Shown here one piece after another: positions 9,501 to 16,858 of a stretch of 64,000 bases of DNA. A program made the position numbers and the translations under genes. The stretch is from Eggerthellaceae bacterium. GTDB lineage: Bacteria; Bacillota; Clostridia; Christensenellales; UBA1242. Numbering within the stretch: the stretch's first letter is position 1; each line of letters begins with the position of its first letter. The stretch is taken from the NCBI GenBank assembly GCA_963602685.1, contig CAVCJG010000005.1, positions 15,047 through 79,046 on the forward strand, read 5' to 3'. Below the pieces are notes generated by a model. It had not been told where the DNA came from. It saw only the letters and a program-made list of their open reading frames with translations, and did not search any database.

Positions 9501-11464
9501 GTAAGCTTTAATTCAAACGCGTTTTCAACGCCTGTTGGAATTGCATAATAACTGCGGTCTTCTACAAAGTATTTTTCGTCGATTGAGTCGATTACAACTG
9601 ACTTGAATCCTTGCAGAGTCTTTTTAACAGAAACTAAAACTTTTGAAGAGATTTTTTCAAGAGTGTAAGTTCCTGATGCGTTCATGATTGGATTGCCATA
9701 TGCGTCAGTTCTAACTGTTGCAAAAACAAGGTTGAAGTCAATCGCTTCTTTTGCTACAAGTTGATAACTGTTGAGCAATGGGTAAAGTTTTTTGGTTTCT
9801 CCGCTTGAAATTGTATACATTCCTGCGCCGTCATCAGTAACAGCAACATAGTCGCCCATGTCCTTTCCGTCAGGGAAAGCGGCGTCATAATAAGCAAAGA
9901 AAACTCTCTTTGTATAAACGTTTTCTGATGGAACATGAGAGATTGTTCTTAAATCGTCTTTATATTCTGAAGAAAGAACGTTTCCGTTTTTGTCATAAAC
10001 GATTGTCATTGAAATGCCAGATTCAACAATACCGGTTTCCCAATAAATGTCAGATTCAACATTTTCTTTTGATTGCATATAAACTTTGCGTTCGGTGGTG
10101 TCGTCAAAGATGTGTGTTACACCGTTTTCGTCTTGAACAAAAAGTTTAATTTCGGCAACGATTTCATATTCGCCGTTGGTTGAGATTTCCCAATATGCAT
10201 GGTTAAGATTTTTAACGTTTGAATTGATTAAAACATATTCTTTTTCGTCGTAAATCTTGATTGCTCCGCCCTTAACTGTAACAAAGTTTGAAAGGTCGTT
10301 AATAATATCAAGTCCTGAGTTTGTATCTTTGATTGAGATAATTCTAAGTCCGACATTTTTAATCATAGATGAAAGGTCGTTGTCGTGAATGTCGCGAATT
10401 CTGATAGAAATTTCTTCATCGGCAAGAGTGCTCACTCCGGCTGAAACTCTAAACAACTTGTTGACAGTAAATTCAAATGGAGAACCTGCTGTTGGTTTGA
10501 TTGAGAAGCTTCCGACATTGGCTTCAACAACGTCAACTTTGATTTGTGTTTTGATTGCTTTTTCAGCGGTTGACAAAACGCGGATTGCTTCGGTGTAAAG
10601 TGGAAGGCCAGCAAGTTCAGAATTATTAGCGTAAAATTCTGCTTGGTCTTCGGCTGAAGCGAATGTGTAGGCATTGATGATGTTGCCAGCTGAAGTTTCG
10701 TTCCCGGCTACGAAATAGATGTCGCCGTCATTGTAGTTTAATGTGATACCTTCGTTTGAAGAAGCTGATTCATAATAAATGTCTTTTTGTCTTTTTGTGG
10801 TGACTGCTTCGTTTTTATCGTCGCTGAACATATATTGGCTTGCTTCTGGATAGAAGGTTGGTTTTAAAATAAAGTTTGTGCCTTGTGAAATTTTGTTTGT
10901 GTCATCAGCTGTAAGTTTGTCGCCTGTTGTAGAGTTGTATGCTTCAAGTTTGATTTCCCCTACTGGCACGTCAACAGCAACTTGGATTTGCGATGAAGTG
11001 AGCGTGTTGTTTTGAGTTGTAACGATAAGGTGTGAGATTCCGCCTTTGTTTAACATATGTTCGTTGCTGTTAGAATCGAGATATGCTTCTTGAACAAGTT
11101 GAACATAAAATTCGTCATTGATTTTTACTTTTTGTGGGACGATGATAATTCCGTCTGAAATTTTTCCGTCTTCGGTTGTGGTTACTGAAACGCCTGATGC
11201 AAAGCTTAATGTGATTTCGTCTTGAGTAACGTTTTCGGTTGGAGTTGTGATTTTAAGTCTAAATTGCTTTACGGCTTCATATTGGGTCGTGGATAAATTA
11301 TAAATGCCATCAACGTCATTTATTTCGATTGACTCTGGAGGTGTAACTTCAGGTTTGAATCCTGTTTTAAGATAGACAGCCAAAAATGAGCCGCCGATAG
11401 CCAGCACAATAACTGAGACTAAGATTAAAATGAGTTGCCAAGTTTTAGGCGCTTTAAGTTTCAT
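596..11464 (-). CDS. Giant (3,622 aa) membrane-anchored extracellular protein, probably many divergent beta-sandwich/Ig-like modules; function unknown
   Basis: Single uninterrupted 10.9-kb ORF. GGAG sits 9 nt upstream of the ATG. N-terminal signal-anchor KTWQLILILVSVIVLAIGGSFLAVYL. The rest is hydrophilic, T/N/K/Y/V/D-rich, almost Cys-free and beta-strand-like. No LPXTG or other sorting motif at the C-terminus. Confidence 0.9.
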   Translation of the reverse strand: MKLKAPKTWQLILILVSVIVLAIGGSFLAVYLKTGFKPEVTPPESIEINDVDGIYNLSTTQYEAVKQFRLKITTPTENVTQDEITLSFASGVSVTTTEDGKISDGIIIVPQKVKINDEFYVQLVQEAYLDSNSNEHMLNKGGISHLIVTTQNNTLTSSQIQVAVDVPVGEIKLEAYNSTTGDKLTADDTNKISQGTNFILKPTFYPEASQYMFSDDKNEAVTTKRQKDIYYESASSNEGITLNYNDGDIYFVAGNETSAGNIINAYTFASAEDQAEFYANNSELAGLPLYTEAIRVLSTAEKAIKTQIKVDVVEANVGSFSIKPTAGSPFEFTVNKLFRVSAGVSTLADEEISIRIRDIHDNDLSSMIKNVGLRIISIKDTNSGLDIINDLSNFVTVKGGAIKIYDEKEYVLINSNVKNLNHAYWEISTNGEYEIVAEIKLFVQDENGVTHIFDDTTERKVYMQSKENVESDIYWETGIVESGISMTIVYDKNGNVLSSEYKDDLRTISHVPSENVYTKRVFFAYYDAAFPDGKDMGDYVAVTDDGAGMYTISSGETKKLYPLLNSYQLVAKEAIDFNLVFATVRTDAYGNPIMNASGTYTLEKISSKVLVSVKKTLQGFKSVVIDSIDEKYFVEDRSYYAIPTGVENAFELKLTLKEAGDAAIFENEKSKITFYASKDIAGKDRVGSDVFEFGEMTLAGDVVTVPVKTKADVNIAEELGTKFFVRVEYNNSVAILDWTAQPADGDKQAGVVVYNQRPKGIANEALKGQTFDVTQTMTSDGTSTISIKGTDVEYTGENAINQFAELINGEDKTVITDVYDRAFKYDYTISSSNSKIVIADNSEKKITFGTGTENGIIVTITAGSVSYSFTLNVSTTGVTRIEVEGAEQNLANPKYSMDGKAGNEVVLKNTSEDDDARNGLLDVFVTSGKYDPNYYTIRLKDESSAALNGMIEFTTGETTTEIKSFKIKENFADDVTISFVATNSDSTLNFTFDITIKKYATEEKVDFANIKYGEYKVNGETKDQKGVADEDKDEDFDPTAIYVYAAFPIDLNEYVKVRLGEADEEGNFTYVKWDQIDKYKNEELVVNSDKVGKFENGKLTFNDVYEPTQYTFTLYVIDGNKYAYYKDLTLVVCPNFKLVQKSSRDLSVKNIKLDNDFTQYFELKRTTLGYGAVQAVDATEIGGISSYEISKYYQLDANKKFVSVLPLDLGYGETYKTITISAKATIKELEKVVATCSANLSLGFSIVELADFSDLFMLGTTIKYNGYDAVWVDRNSATFQKNLGDYYLHSISSNSNGSDDKKIGIKLTGVQNAYNIAGQSINFASKSNDALIAGKSVYFKVFFRDFTDGNLGNDLATWQIPFVWSRVGSKIASYPYETPGDSNTNNTDLNDTLNNPNNLFAEVEGGKTYYLVAPFEYYLDDGKLTIVEEMGKDNKDGNITYTPDENGGGTFTFKKVSFTVNKNNEIKAEGVNNGKLISVGETFTITADEVTTTYYFKSIDTTSKAIVIYKAYVGSKNENGCKINYNGEKQYTYKDSIYGEMLTSLGDDKYLTGLQATDFETNKTSVEFGTLKGQKVYSINGNILTINDIISDTDVETYFEITQKNTNGAIEGLIYRFMLKVKPNATNNNFNFINPSDLPENVNFEIIKNNVTYPFGGSAENLTVENNEDEPIKIDLKAKLGADTQNQDKHRIEDVIQRYGETIPTDISAKANLTVSQLLIDGKDYTKKGNDDKYYQTNEIFTVAIGIVEDSNGKQTELNVTFTNKANAKNVTVKLLREYRNVYGADFEYVFSINASSVEYVMAYNAGDGNFTVGTRDATWKLANTTDAQTVKATTKQRTDSGESNVDPNKVVTVLTHNLEKEKGYKVEYDYKAANPTLSIKLPEFRESEITRNVYFSVDGKVISTITLIIPATVNATQKNQTLTAGGKYAIGDLVKLTTKDAELDTIKTEGGDIDYVNLVDDGKSITIFNAIEDKTITLKLYYKYKYTVTTTNEAGEEITSQIKKTGYVIYTYEIAANIKPKQSLETQSIISGTKYTGITFTSLQQDAKVFSTTGFSLAWSAQDSGLFDTITMSGDGQITIKAKDVAITTSTTVTLTFTYKDLFTFNVSVPVTIYPAYRLKTNYPNPSQTENLTYESVISGAKIDSFLSSAAEFASANRIQAAAAKVNIANGGYDGGYADNYSALTGNASVKIIDIQNMKTVEYGEQTTTGTSVTYYALYANPNSTENSELTVTPEPTVKPETAIFKFTKGNETGVSYVILQVKYHGVSINYTVYVFDNVVSGYVNSTIHRNGEVETIYQDRIDTTDLFNKSRLLKLEVGASALVGAVYYPYVVEVDANGTYTPVTKQGTSEPLVLLQFQLKSEYVGRTIYVDSGVSALQLAANQTIVFFAKADADVTKDAVMTGVTFVRTAGRVEYRYATADGQSIDITNADMQTVQSGSAKTDANTEITTYQVGYRIGDSGTIKSQISYQVEMGLDIAVDRSFTPTDSSSTPTVIEIEAHKGEYYRLVEQAGIRHPSTGELITAKSLGDAELKYEVMDVSSGSSMYRIFDGYKQYQYQNSKFEDYLKLHDIAEQVGKNDSKKIYDYYLFGLGCAADGDYVLVKIIYQYKQNTPSEFYIVVKIVPDYEITLAGEKYEPVVENNSAYVTNKDKPYVFTPSVTDGKSKEMTLAGKDAGEQLISAIRTNWNSTNIAYSFAYVLTQQENSEYNTKANIDKLRLTEAKETINSKEKPYWTKNGNQYKPNIPTIKFAPAEVVFGVKQYFVEITDDYGYKIMFYFNLVPADDQTPTVYEAVSTLNFTEGDDFDVGLVYDAISINETKDDQKNVTKSAEIEYNKAPETDTISKIILQNIDAWGLTTNASEADVKSVLSGKYTSAPKFHDVTVTGVTFKYESDKGESAKHYDGPAASSTFRLGSGQDAVSHEYDETNCCLAGGANASITYKGVTYYSVAQEKNADKLKATITGKLTGTTAPYKWETKINGVDREFEVIKGGTDEAPIYKLKVNGVQHVSGAQLTPVKVDEKVYTTYTVKIDIQGTGANTKPTSVSLEGVYEPYEQRNYYLGLDASEKETSVVTSSGTKNLATDALYWPGANSQYRTLSAGYYKVPYMDGWIYGTSDTTQVSILISLTYKKGVTNKEESCVVVYNANITKKAKFNSTAKVIVDGQKFELGKYITTDPKLCNLKPVGKDETANGTYYDDTLAVTIPAQGQVVLSINVSENDTWKNFVLTRNNTSTTSQRTDFISLSEVYGKTINPEGMGIEVSWAGPDGASVYYGIKNIGSNDKPVYQNKKVESPYGTIELNNKIYGYKLLKIHDGKEIKYKLVMIGEQVTVNEEPTIQWNMVDNYSGSKIVLDGSTYEVGLNDQGDLNLADNTGSYDKDKNEKPEQDLEINEIDHDILYIESAERIPSKTSVTDVYQYSITKSYIIKANGTYYQYKHNFTMTPKYAYFDNGLGQEVVKEIYKTKEDWEELKAVDKNNNYIGYTVKLEDWAKGNTDEKGQKYSDVTVASAALGKSTVEKDDTITTLMDIIKADTKTSALEFTIGKDGTSYTDATIDPIKGTITTGSHYELNKNQYILIRIWIKASGGPGGNFDGKEYGNANYKKLLGELRIYLTDSTKTSNP

Positions 11465-11753
11465 AAATTATCTCCAACCTTTATTAAACTTTTGAAGGCG
11501 TTTGCAAAACACAAGACTAATTTATTGTTTGCATAATACTTCAATTTAATTATACTTTTTTTGACAAATTTTTCAAAGCAAAGTAAAAGGAAAAATAAAA
11601 AATAAAAAATATTTTTTTATTATATAAAAAATGTAAAAATAAATTAAAAAAACTTTTTATCGCCTTTAAATAAGCCTAAAAATCAATAATTTAATAAAAA
11701 TGATTAAAAAATAACGAAAAAATAATAAAAATCAATTAAAAATCATTAAATTA

Positions 11754-11782
11754 TTGACAATTTATAATATTTAGTCCATAAT
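11754..11782 (+). promoter_or_regulatory. Sigma-A type promoter for the ABC-F gene (TTGACA-17-CATAAT)
   Basis: TTGACA at 11754-11759, 17-nt spacer, CATAAT at 11777-11782, 27 nt upstream of the ATG. Embedded in an extremely AT-rich 344-bp spacer. Confidence 0.5.
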
Positions 11783-11808
11783 GATTTTGTTTAAAAGGAA
11801 ATAAAGAC

Positions 11809-13386
11809 ATGATTCAAGTAAACAACGTATCACTCGCATTCGGCGGCAGAACTCTTTATAAAGATGTCAATTTGAAGTTTACAAAAGGCAACTGCTATGG
11901 CATCATCGGAGCAAACGGCGCCGGCAAATCAACCTTCTTAAAAATTCTCACCGGTGAATTAGAACCAAACACTGGCGATGTTTTTATCACGCCTGGCGAA
12001 AGAATGAGCGTGTTGCAACAAAACCAAAACGCATTTGACAACGAAACCGTTCTTGACACAGTTTTACTTGGACACAAGCGTTTGATGGACATTCAAAAAG
12101 AAAAAGACGCTCTTTATGCTAAACCTGACTTCACTGAAGAAGACGGAATCAAAGCCGGCGAACTTGAAACAGAATTTGCCGAACTTGGCGGATGGGAAGC
12201 AGAAAGCGAAGCCAAAAACCTTTTGCAAGGCATGGGCGTGACTGATGAAATTTATTATTCACTTATGCGCGACGTCGATCCAAAAGTAAAAGTCAAAGTT
12301 TTGCTTGCTCAGGCATTGTTTGGAAATCCTGACATTTTGATTTTGGACGAACCAACCAACAACCTTGACTTCAAAACTGCCGTTTGGCTTGAAAATTTCT
12401 TGCTTGACTTTGAAAATATCGTAATTATCGTGTCCCACAACCGTCACTTCTTAAATAAAGTCTGCACAAACATATGTGACGTAGACTTCGGTCAGATAAA
12501 TATGTTTATCGGAAACTACGACTTCTGGTATCAATCAAGCCAACTTATCGCACGCCAACTTAAAGACCAAAACAAAAAGGCCGAACAACGCGCAAAAGAA
12601 TTGAAAGAATTTATCGCTCGTTTCTCTGCCAACGCTTCAAAATCAAAACAAGCAACCAGCAGAAAGCGCGAACTTGAAAAATTGACAATCGAAGATATTA
12701 AACCTTCATCAAGAAAATATCCTTACATCGACTTCAGATTCGACCAAGAAATCGGAAAAGAAATTTTAAAAGTTACAAACCTTACTAAAAAGGGAATGTT
12801 TAAAAACCTTTCTTTTAATGTAGAAAAAGACCAAAAAATCGCATTTTTTGCAAAAAACAGCCAAGTTATCACAACTTTATTTAATATTTTAATGGGAAAA
12901 GAACAAGCGGACAGCGGTTCAATTCATATCGGCAAAACAATCACAATTTCATATCTCCCACAAGACAACCGTGAATATTTTGAAAACTGCACCCTGTCAA
13001 TAGTTGACTGGCTCAGACAATTTTCAAAAGACCAAAACGAAACTTACATCAGAAGTTGGCTTGGAAGAATGCTTTTCACCGGCGAAGAAAACCTTAAACC
13101 TGTAAATGTTCTTTCTGGTGGCGAACGCGTAAGATGTATGTTTGCAAAAATGATGCTTAAGGGCGCAAATGTAATCATCATGGACGAACCTACAAACCAC
13201 CTTGACCTTGAAAGCATCACATCACTTAACACTGGAATGCAAAACTTTAAAGGCCCACTCCTTTTCACATCGCACGACCAAGAAATCATTGAAACAGTTG
13301 CAAATCGCATAATCGACATTAAAAGCGAAGACGAAATTGTTTATTTCAACGGAACATACGAAGAATACATGCAAAAACAAAAATAA
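11809..13386 (+). CDS. ABC-F family ATPase (two ABC cassettes, no TM domain; YbiT/YfmM-like translation factor class)
   Basis: Walker A GANGAGKST in the first cassette, linker region with KKAEQRAKELKEFIARF, second cassette with LSGGERVRC signature. 525 aa. Confidence 0.85.
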   Translation: MIQVNNVSLAFGGRTLYKDVNLKFTKGNCYGIIGANGAGKSTFLKILTGELEPNTGDVFITPGERMSVLQQNQNAFDNETVLDTVLLGHKRLMDIQKEKDALYAKPDFTEEDGIKAGELETEFAELGGWEAESEAKNLLQGMGVTDEIYYSLMRDVDPKVKVKVLLAQALFGNPDILILDEPTNNLDFKTAVWLENFLLDFENIVIIVSHNRHFLNKVCTNICDVDFGQINMFIGNYDFWYQSSQLIARQLKDQNKKAEQRAKELKEFIARFSANASKSKQATSRKRELEKLTIEDIKPSSRKYPYIDFRFDQEIGKEILKVTNLTKKGMFKNLSFNVEKDQKIAFFAKNSQVITTLFNILMGKEQADSGSIHIGKTITISYLPQDNREYFENCTLSIVDWLRQFSKDQNETYIRSWLGRMLFTGEENLKPVNVLSGGERVRCMFAKMMLKGANVIIMDEPTNHLDLESITSLNTGMQNFKGPLLFTSHDQEIIETVANRIIDIKSEDEIVYFNGTYEEYMQKQK

Positions 13387-13405
13387 AATCAAAAATAACA
13401 AAAAT

Positions 13406-13436
13406 AAGAAGGAAAATAATCCTTCTTTTTTGTTTT
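13406..13436 (+). terminator. Intrinsic terminator after the ABC-F gene
   Basis: AAGAAGGA / TCCTTCTT 8-bp stem (13406-13413 / 13420-13427) followed by a T-run. Confidence 0.6.
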
Positions 13437-13449
13437 AATTAAATTTTAA

Positions 13450-13478
13450 TTGACAAAAAGATAAATTAAACATATAAT
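13450..13478 (+). promoter_or_regulatory. Consensus sigma-A promoter (TTGACA-17-TATAAT) driving the glycine T-box leader
   Basis: TTGACA 13450-13455, 17-nt spacer, TATAAT 13473-13478. Confidence 0.7.
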
Positions 13479-13479
13479 C

Positions 13480-13636
13480 AGTCATGTAATTTAATCTTCG
13501 TGATGAAAAGGTTGGAATCTTGGAGCGAAGCGCCGCCAGCGAAACGGCAAACGAAGGCAAGGCAACTTGCGAATTAGGGTGGAACAGCGACCAATCAATC
13601 GCCCCTATGCTGAAAATCGGCATAGGGCTTTTTTAT
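13480..13636 (+). promoter_or_regulatory. T-box leader (tRNA-Gly sensing) with terminator
   Basis: Specifier context GAA-GGC-A (GGC at 13556-13558). T-box sequence AATTAGGGTGGAACAGCG (13572-13589). Terminator hairpin CCCTATGC / GCATAGGG (13603-13610 / 13620-13627) plus T-run, directly upstream of glyQS. Confidence 0.8.
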
Positions 13637-13668
13637 TTAAACCCATGCCTTAAAAAAGGAGAAAAATT

Positions 13669-15051
13669 ATGAAAGCAACAATGGACAAAATCGTAAATCT
13701 CTGCAAAGGCAGAGGCTTCATCTTCCCAGGAAGTGAAATTTATGGCGGACTTGCAAACGCGTGGGACTACGGCCCTCTTGGTGTGCAAATGAAAAACAAC
13801 ATCAAAGCCGCTTGGTGGAAAAAGTTTGTGCAAGAAAACCCATACAACGTTGGGCTTGACTGCTCAATCTTGATGAACCCAACCGTTTGGCAAGCAAGCG
13901 GACACTTGGGCGGATTTTCAGACCCACTTATGGACTGCAAAAACTGCAAAGCACGTCACCGCGCCGACAATCTTATTGAAGAATACATGAAGAAAAAAGG
14001 AATCGAAGAAAACATCGCCGGCTGGAGCAACGAACAACTTGAAAACTACATTAAAGAAAAATCAATCGTCTGCCCTATCTGTGGAAAATCTGACTTTACT
14101 CCAATCAGAAAGTTTAACCTTATGTTTAAAACATTCCAAGGCGTAACCGAAGATTCAAGTTCAACAATCTATCTTCGTCCAGAAACCGCACAAGGAATAT
14201 TCGTAAACTTCAAAAATGTTCAACGTTCAACAAGAAAGCGTGTGCCTTTCGGAATCGGTCAAATCGGCAAAAGTTTCAGAAACGAAATCACTCCAGGAAA
14301 CTTCATCTTCCGTGTTCGTGAATTCGAACAAATGGAACTCGAATTTTTCTGCCAACCAGGCACAGACCTTGAATGGTTTAATTATTGGAAAAACTTCTGC
14401 CACAACTGGCTGCTTGAAATCGGAATTAAAGATGAAAATCTTAAACTTCGCGACCACGACCAAGAAGAGCTTTGCTTCTATTCAAAAGCAACAACCGACT
14501 TCGAATTTAAATTCCCATTCGGCTGGGGCGAACTTTGGGGCGTAGCCGACCGCACAGATTATGACCTTTCACAACACGCAAAATTCAGCGGAAAAGATTT
14601 AACTTATCAAGATCCAGTAACAAACGAAAAATACATTCCATATGTAATCGAACCATCACTCGGTGTAGAAAGACTTATGCTTGCATATCTTTGCAACGCC
14701 TATGATGAAGAACAACTTGAAAACGGCGAAAGCAGAGTTGTAATGCACTTCCACCCTGCAATCGCTCCATACAAAGTTGCAATCCTTCCACTTCAAAAGA
14801 ATCTTTCTGAAAAAGCCCGCACAATTTATGAACAACTCAGCAAACACTTTATGGTTGATTATGACGAAGCAGGCTCAATCGGAAAGCGTTATCGCCGTGA
14901 AGACGAAATCGGAACTCCACTTTGCGTAACAGTTGACTTTGACACACTTGAAAACGATACTGTTACTGTTCGTGACCGCGACACAATGCAACAAATCCGT
15001 CTTCATGTCGACGAACTTAAAGATTATATTTCAAATAAAATTGAATTATAA
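13669..15051 (+). CDS. glyQS: Glycine--tRNA ligase (dimeric class II type)
   Basis: 460 aa. N-terminus [34 protein letters not shown] and the class II core are typical of GlyQS. AAAGGAG RBS. Confidence 0.93.
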   Translation: MKATMDKIVNLCKGRGFIFPGSEIYGGLANAWDYGPLGVQMKNNIKAAWWKKFVQENPYNVGLDCSILMNPTVWQASGHLGGFSDPLMDCKNCKARHRADNLIEEYMKKKGIEENIAGWSNEQLENYIKEKSIVCPICGKSDFTPIRKFNLMFKTFQGVTEDSSSTIYLRPETAQGIFVNFKNVQRSTRKRVPFGIGQIGKSFRNEITPGNFIFRVREFEQMELEFFCQPGTDLEWFNYWKNFCHNWLLEIGIKDENLKLRDHDQEELCFYSKATTDFEFKFPFGWGELWGVADRTDYDLSQHAKFSGKDLTYQDPVTNEKYIPYVIEPSLGVERLMLAYLCNAYDEEQLENGESRVVMHFHPAIAPYKVAILPLQKNLSEKARTIYEQLSKHFMVDYDEAGSIGKRYRREDEIGTPLCVTVDFDTLENDTVTVRDRDTMQQIRLHVDELKDYISNKIEL

Positions 15052-15087
15052 CAGCACTCGCAAATTCAATCTCAAAACACACACATT

Positions 15088-15125
15088 AAAAAATGCGGAC
15101 ATCAGCCCGCATTTTTATTTTTTGT
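15088..15125. terminator. Bidirectional terminator between convergent glyQS and the XRE gene
   Basis: ATGCGG / CCGCAT stem flanked by an A-run (5') and a T-run (3'). Confidence 0.5.
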
Positions 15126-15126
15126 T

Positions 15127-15333
15127 TTAATCTTCTTTTCCTACTAAATAATCTAAACTAACTTTAAAATAATTTGAAAGCGAAATAAGAGATGACATAG
15201 TTGGTTCGCGCTTCCCCGATTCCCACAAACTGATTATGCCATTACTTACACCAATCGCTTCTGCAAGTTCAACTTGTCCGACATTCGCTTCTTGGCGCAA
15301 CATTTTTAAAATATCTTTAAATTTGTTTTCCAT
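15127..15333 (-). CDS. XRE-family helix-turn-helix transcriptional regulator (68 aa)
   Basis: Typical Cro/C1 HTH: LRQEANVGQVELAEAIGVSNGIISLWESGKREPTMSSLISLSNYFKVSLDYLVG. Confidence 0.85.
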   Translation of the reverse strand: MENKFKDILKMLRQEANVGQVELAEAIGVSNGIISLWESGKREPTMSSLISLSNYFKVSLDYLVGKED

Positions 15334-15342
15334 ACTTATATT

Positions 15343-15395
15343 TTCTTACAAAAGTTAGAAAAATACTTGACTTCTTACAAATGTAAGAATATAAT
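15343..15395 (+). promoter_or_regulatory. Promoter TTGACT-17-TATAAT with an 18-bp perfect palindromic operator in its spacer, plus an upstream imperfect copy
   Basis: TTGACT 15367-15372 and TATAAT 15390-15395. TTCTTACAAATGTAAGAA (15372-15389) is a perfect inverted repeat filling the spacer. TTCTTACAAAAGTTAGAA (15343-15360) is a 16/18 copy 29 bp upstream. Confidence 0.6.
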
Positions 15396-15494
15396 TTTTT
15401 TTGTAAGCACTCAATGTTAGGAATTTGCATGTATCCGTGCTATACAGAACAAAGGAACATGTCCTATACTATATTTTATAAAGGATTAAAAAAT

Positions 15495-16721
15495 ATGAAA
15501 GAATTAAAAGTATCAAAAATAACAGTTCTTGATTGGGTAAAGTTTGCATTAACAACGGAAAATGAAGCAGACAGACAAAAAGCAATTAAGCAACTTTCGC
15601 CTTTTGGAATCAGCACCAAAAGAGATTGTTTAGCTTATTTAACAAAAAGCAAAGAATTATTACTAAATAGAAAAAACATATTTGACAATACCACTAGCCC
15701 CGATGTTGAAATGCTATTTGAAAAATATTGCCAAGCAAAAAACCAAAATTTTACTGATGCGCAAAGTCGACAAGTTGCCATCAATGACGCTTTAATTGGC
15801 AATACACAACAAGAAGATATGGATTATGGTAAATTGCATGCATATTTATTATCATATGCTGAAAAATGGCGTAAAAGGGTTTTGACTAAGCTCGATGAAA
15901 GAATGCCAGCTTATGCTGGAGATCCTGATTATAAAAAAATACAGGATTTTTATAAATATCTGCAAAGTTCAGATTTTAATATTCCTTTTAATCCAAATAT
16001 GCCATTAAAAGGCATCTTGACGGCTAACGATTTAGAAGAAAAGTTTGATGAAGTTAAAAAACTTCAAATGTTTAAAAATTTAAGATTACCATTTACTTTA
16101 CAAAATGGCAACAATGAATATATTCATGTAACTTCTATCAATAAAAATTTAGAAGGCGTGACCGCAAGATTATATTTAAACATAAAATCAAATAACAGAG
16201 TTCAATTGATGATGATGTTAAAAGAAGAATGTGAAAAAGCTGGAATTAATTTTTATGGAAAATTTTGTGGAAACAATTCAACTCGCAATGACAACTTTCT
16301 AGTTTACACTAATTACGCTGAAATTAATGATGTTTGCAAAATCCTAAACAGAGCAAAATCTCAAGTTCCTGAATTATTTGAAGGCGCAGAAAATCTTGCA
16401 CCGATATGGGGGAAAATGTCTAACAATGAATTTGTTGGCGTTGGTGAAGAACCTATGTCTCTTTTAAGTGGAAAAGGAAGTTCTTATAGTTCTATAAGAA
16501 AATCAATCTTTGACGAATATATAAAAGAACATGGCCAAACTTTTGATTATGAAGAAATGAAAGATGTTTGTAGATCTTATGGTGTTTCAATAGATAACTT
16601 CTCATTTACAATGGATACTTTCGCAAAATGTTCAACTAAAGAAAAATTCATTGCCGAAATTCAAGATATTAACAAAACATATAATAAAGCGATGCAAATG
16701 GAAACATCTGCAACAGTATAA
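15495..16721 (+). CDS. Hypothetical protein (408 aa from the RBS-supported start), divergent from the XRE regulator
   Basis: The ORF-track ORF starts at 15414, but AAAGGA lies 8 nt upstream of the ATG at 15495 (MKELKVSKITVLDW...). No family recognised with confidence. Contains ARLYLNIKSNN...(about 30 aa)...RNDNFLVYTNY. Confidence 0.7.
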   Translation: MKELKVSKITVLDWVKFALTTENEADRQKAIKQLSPFGISTKRDCLAYLTKSKELLLNRKNIFDNTTSPDVEMLFEKYCQAKNQNFTDAQSRQVAINDALIGNTQQEDMDYGKLHAYLLSYAEKWRKRVLTKLDERMPAYAGDPDYKKIQDFYKYLQSSDFNIPFNPNMPLKGILTANDLEEKFDEVKKLQMFKNLRLPFTLQNGNNEYIHVTSINKNLEGVTARLYLNIKSNNRVQLMMMLKEECEKAGINFYGKFCGNNSTRNDNFLVYTNYAEINDVCKILNRAKSQVPELFEGAENLAPIWGKMSNNEFVGVGEEPMSLLSGKGSSYSSIRKSIFDEYIKEHGQTFDYEEMKDVCRSYGVSIDNFSFTMDTFAKCSTKEKFIAEIQDINKTYNKAMQMETSATV

Positions 16722-16761
16722 ACTACATAATTAATCTATCTGCACAAACGCAATATATAAA

Positions 16762-16805
16762 AAGAGCATATTCTAGGACAACCCTAAAATATGCTCTTTA
16801 TTTTT
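16762..16805 (+). terminator. Intrinsic terminator
   Basis: AAGAGCATAT / ATATGCTCTT 10-bp stem with a 17-nt loop, followed by a T-rich tract. Confidence 0.55.
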
Positions 16806-16858
16806 CAGAAAATACTGATCGTTTCAAACGGCGTTGACGAAAGTTTGCATTTTTTATT

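Noticed and set aside
1448-10674. About 17 short ORFs (60-160 aa) from the track inside or antisense to the giant gene
   Set aside because: All lie within the 10.9-kb ORF, mostly on the opposite strand. They have Cys/Phe/Leu-rich nonsense-like composition and no RBS, and are typical antisense shadows of a long AT-rich gene.
13435-13833. Minus-strand ORFs 13435-13623 and 13633-13833
   Set aside because: They overlap the glycine T-box leader, its terminator and the glyQS 5' end. The leader elements explain the sequence.
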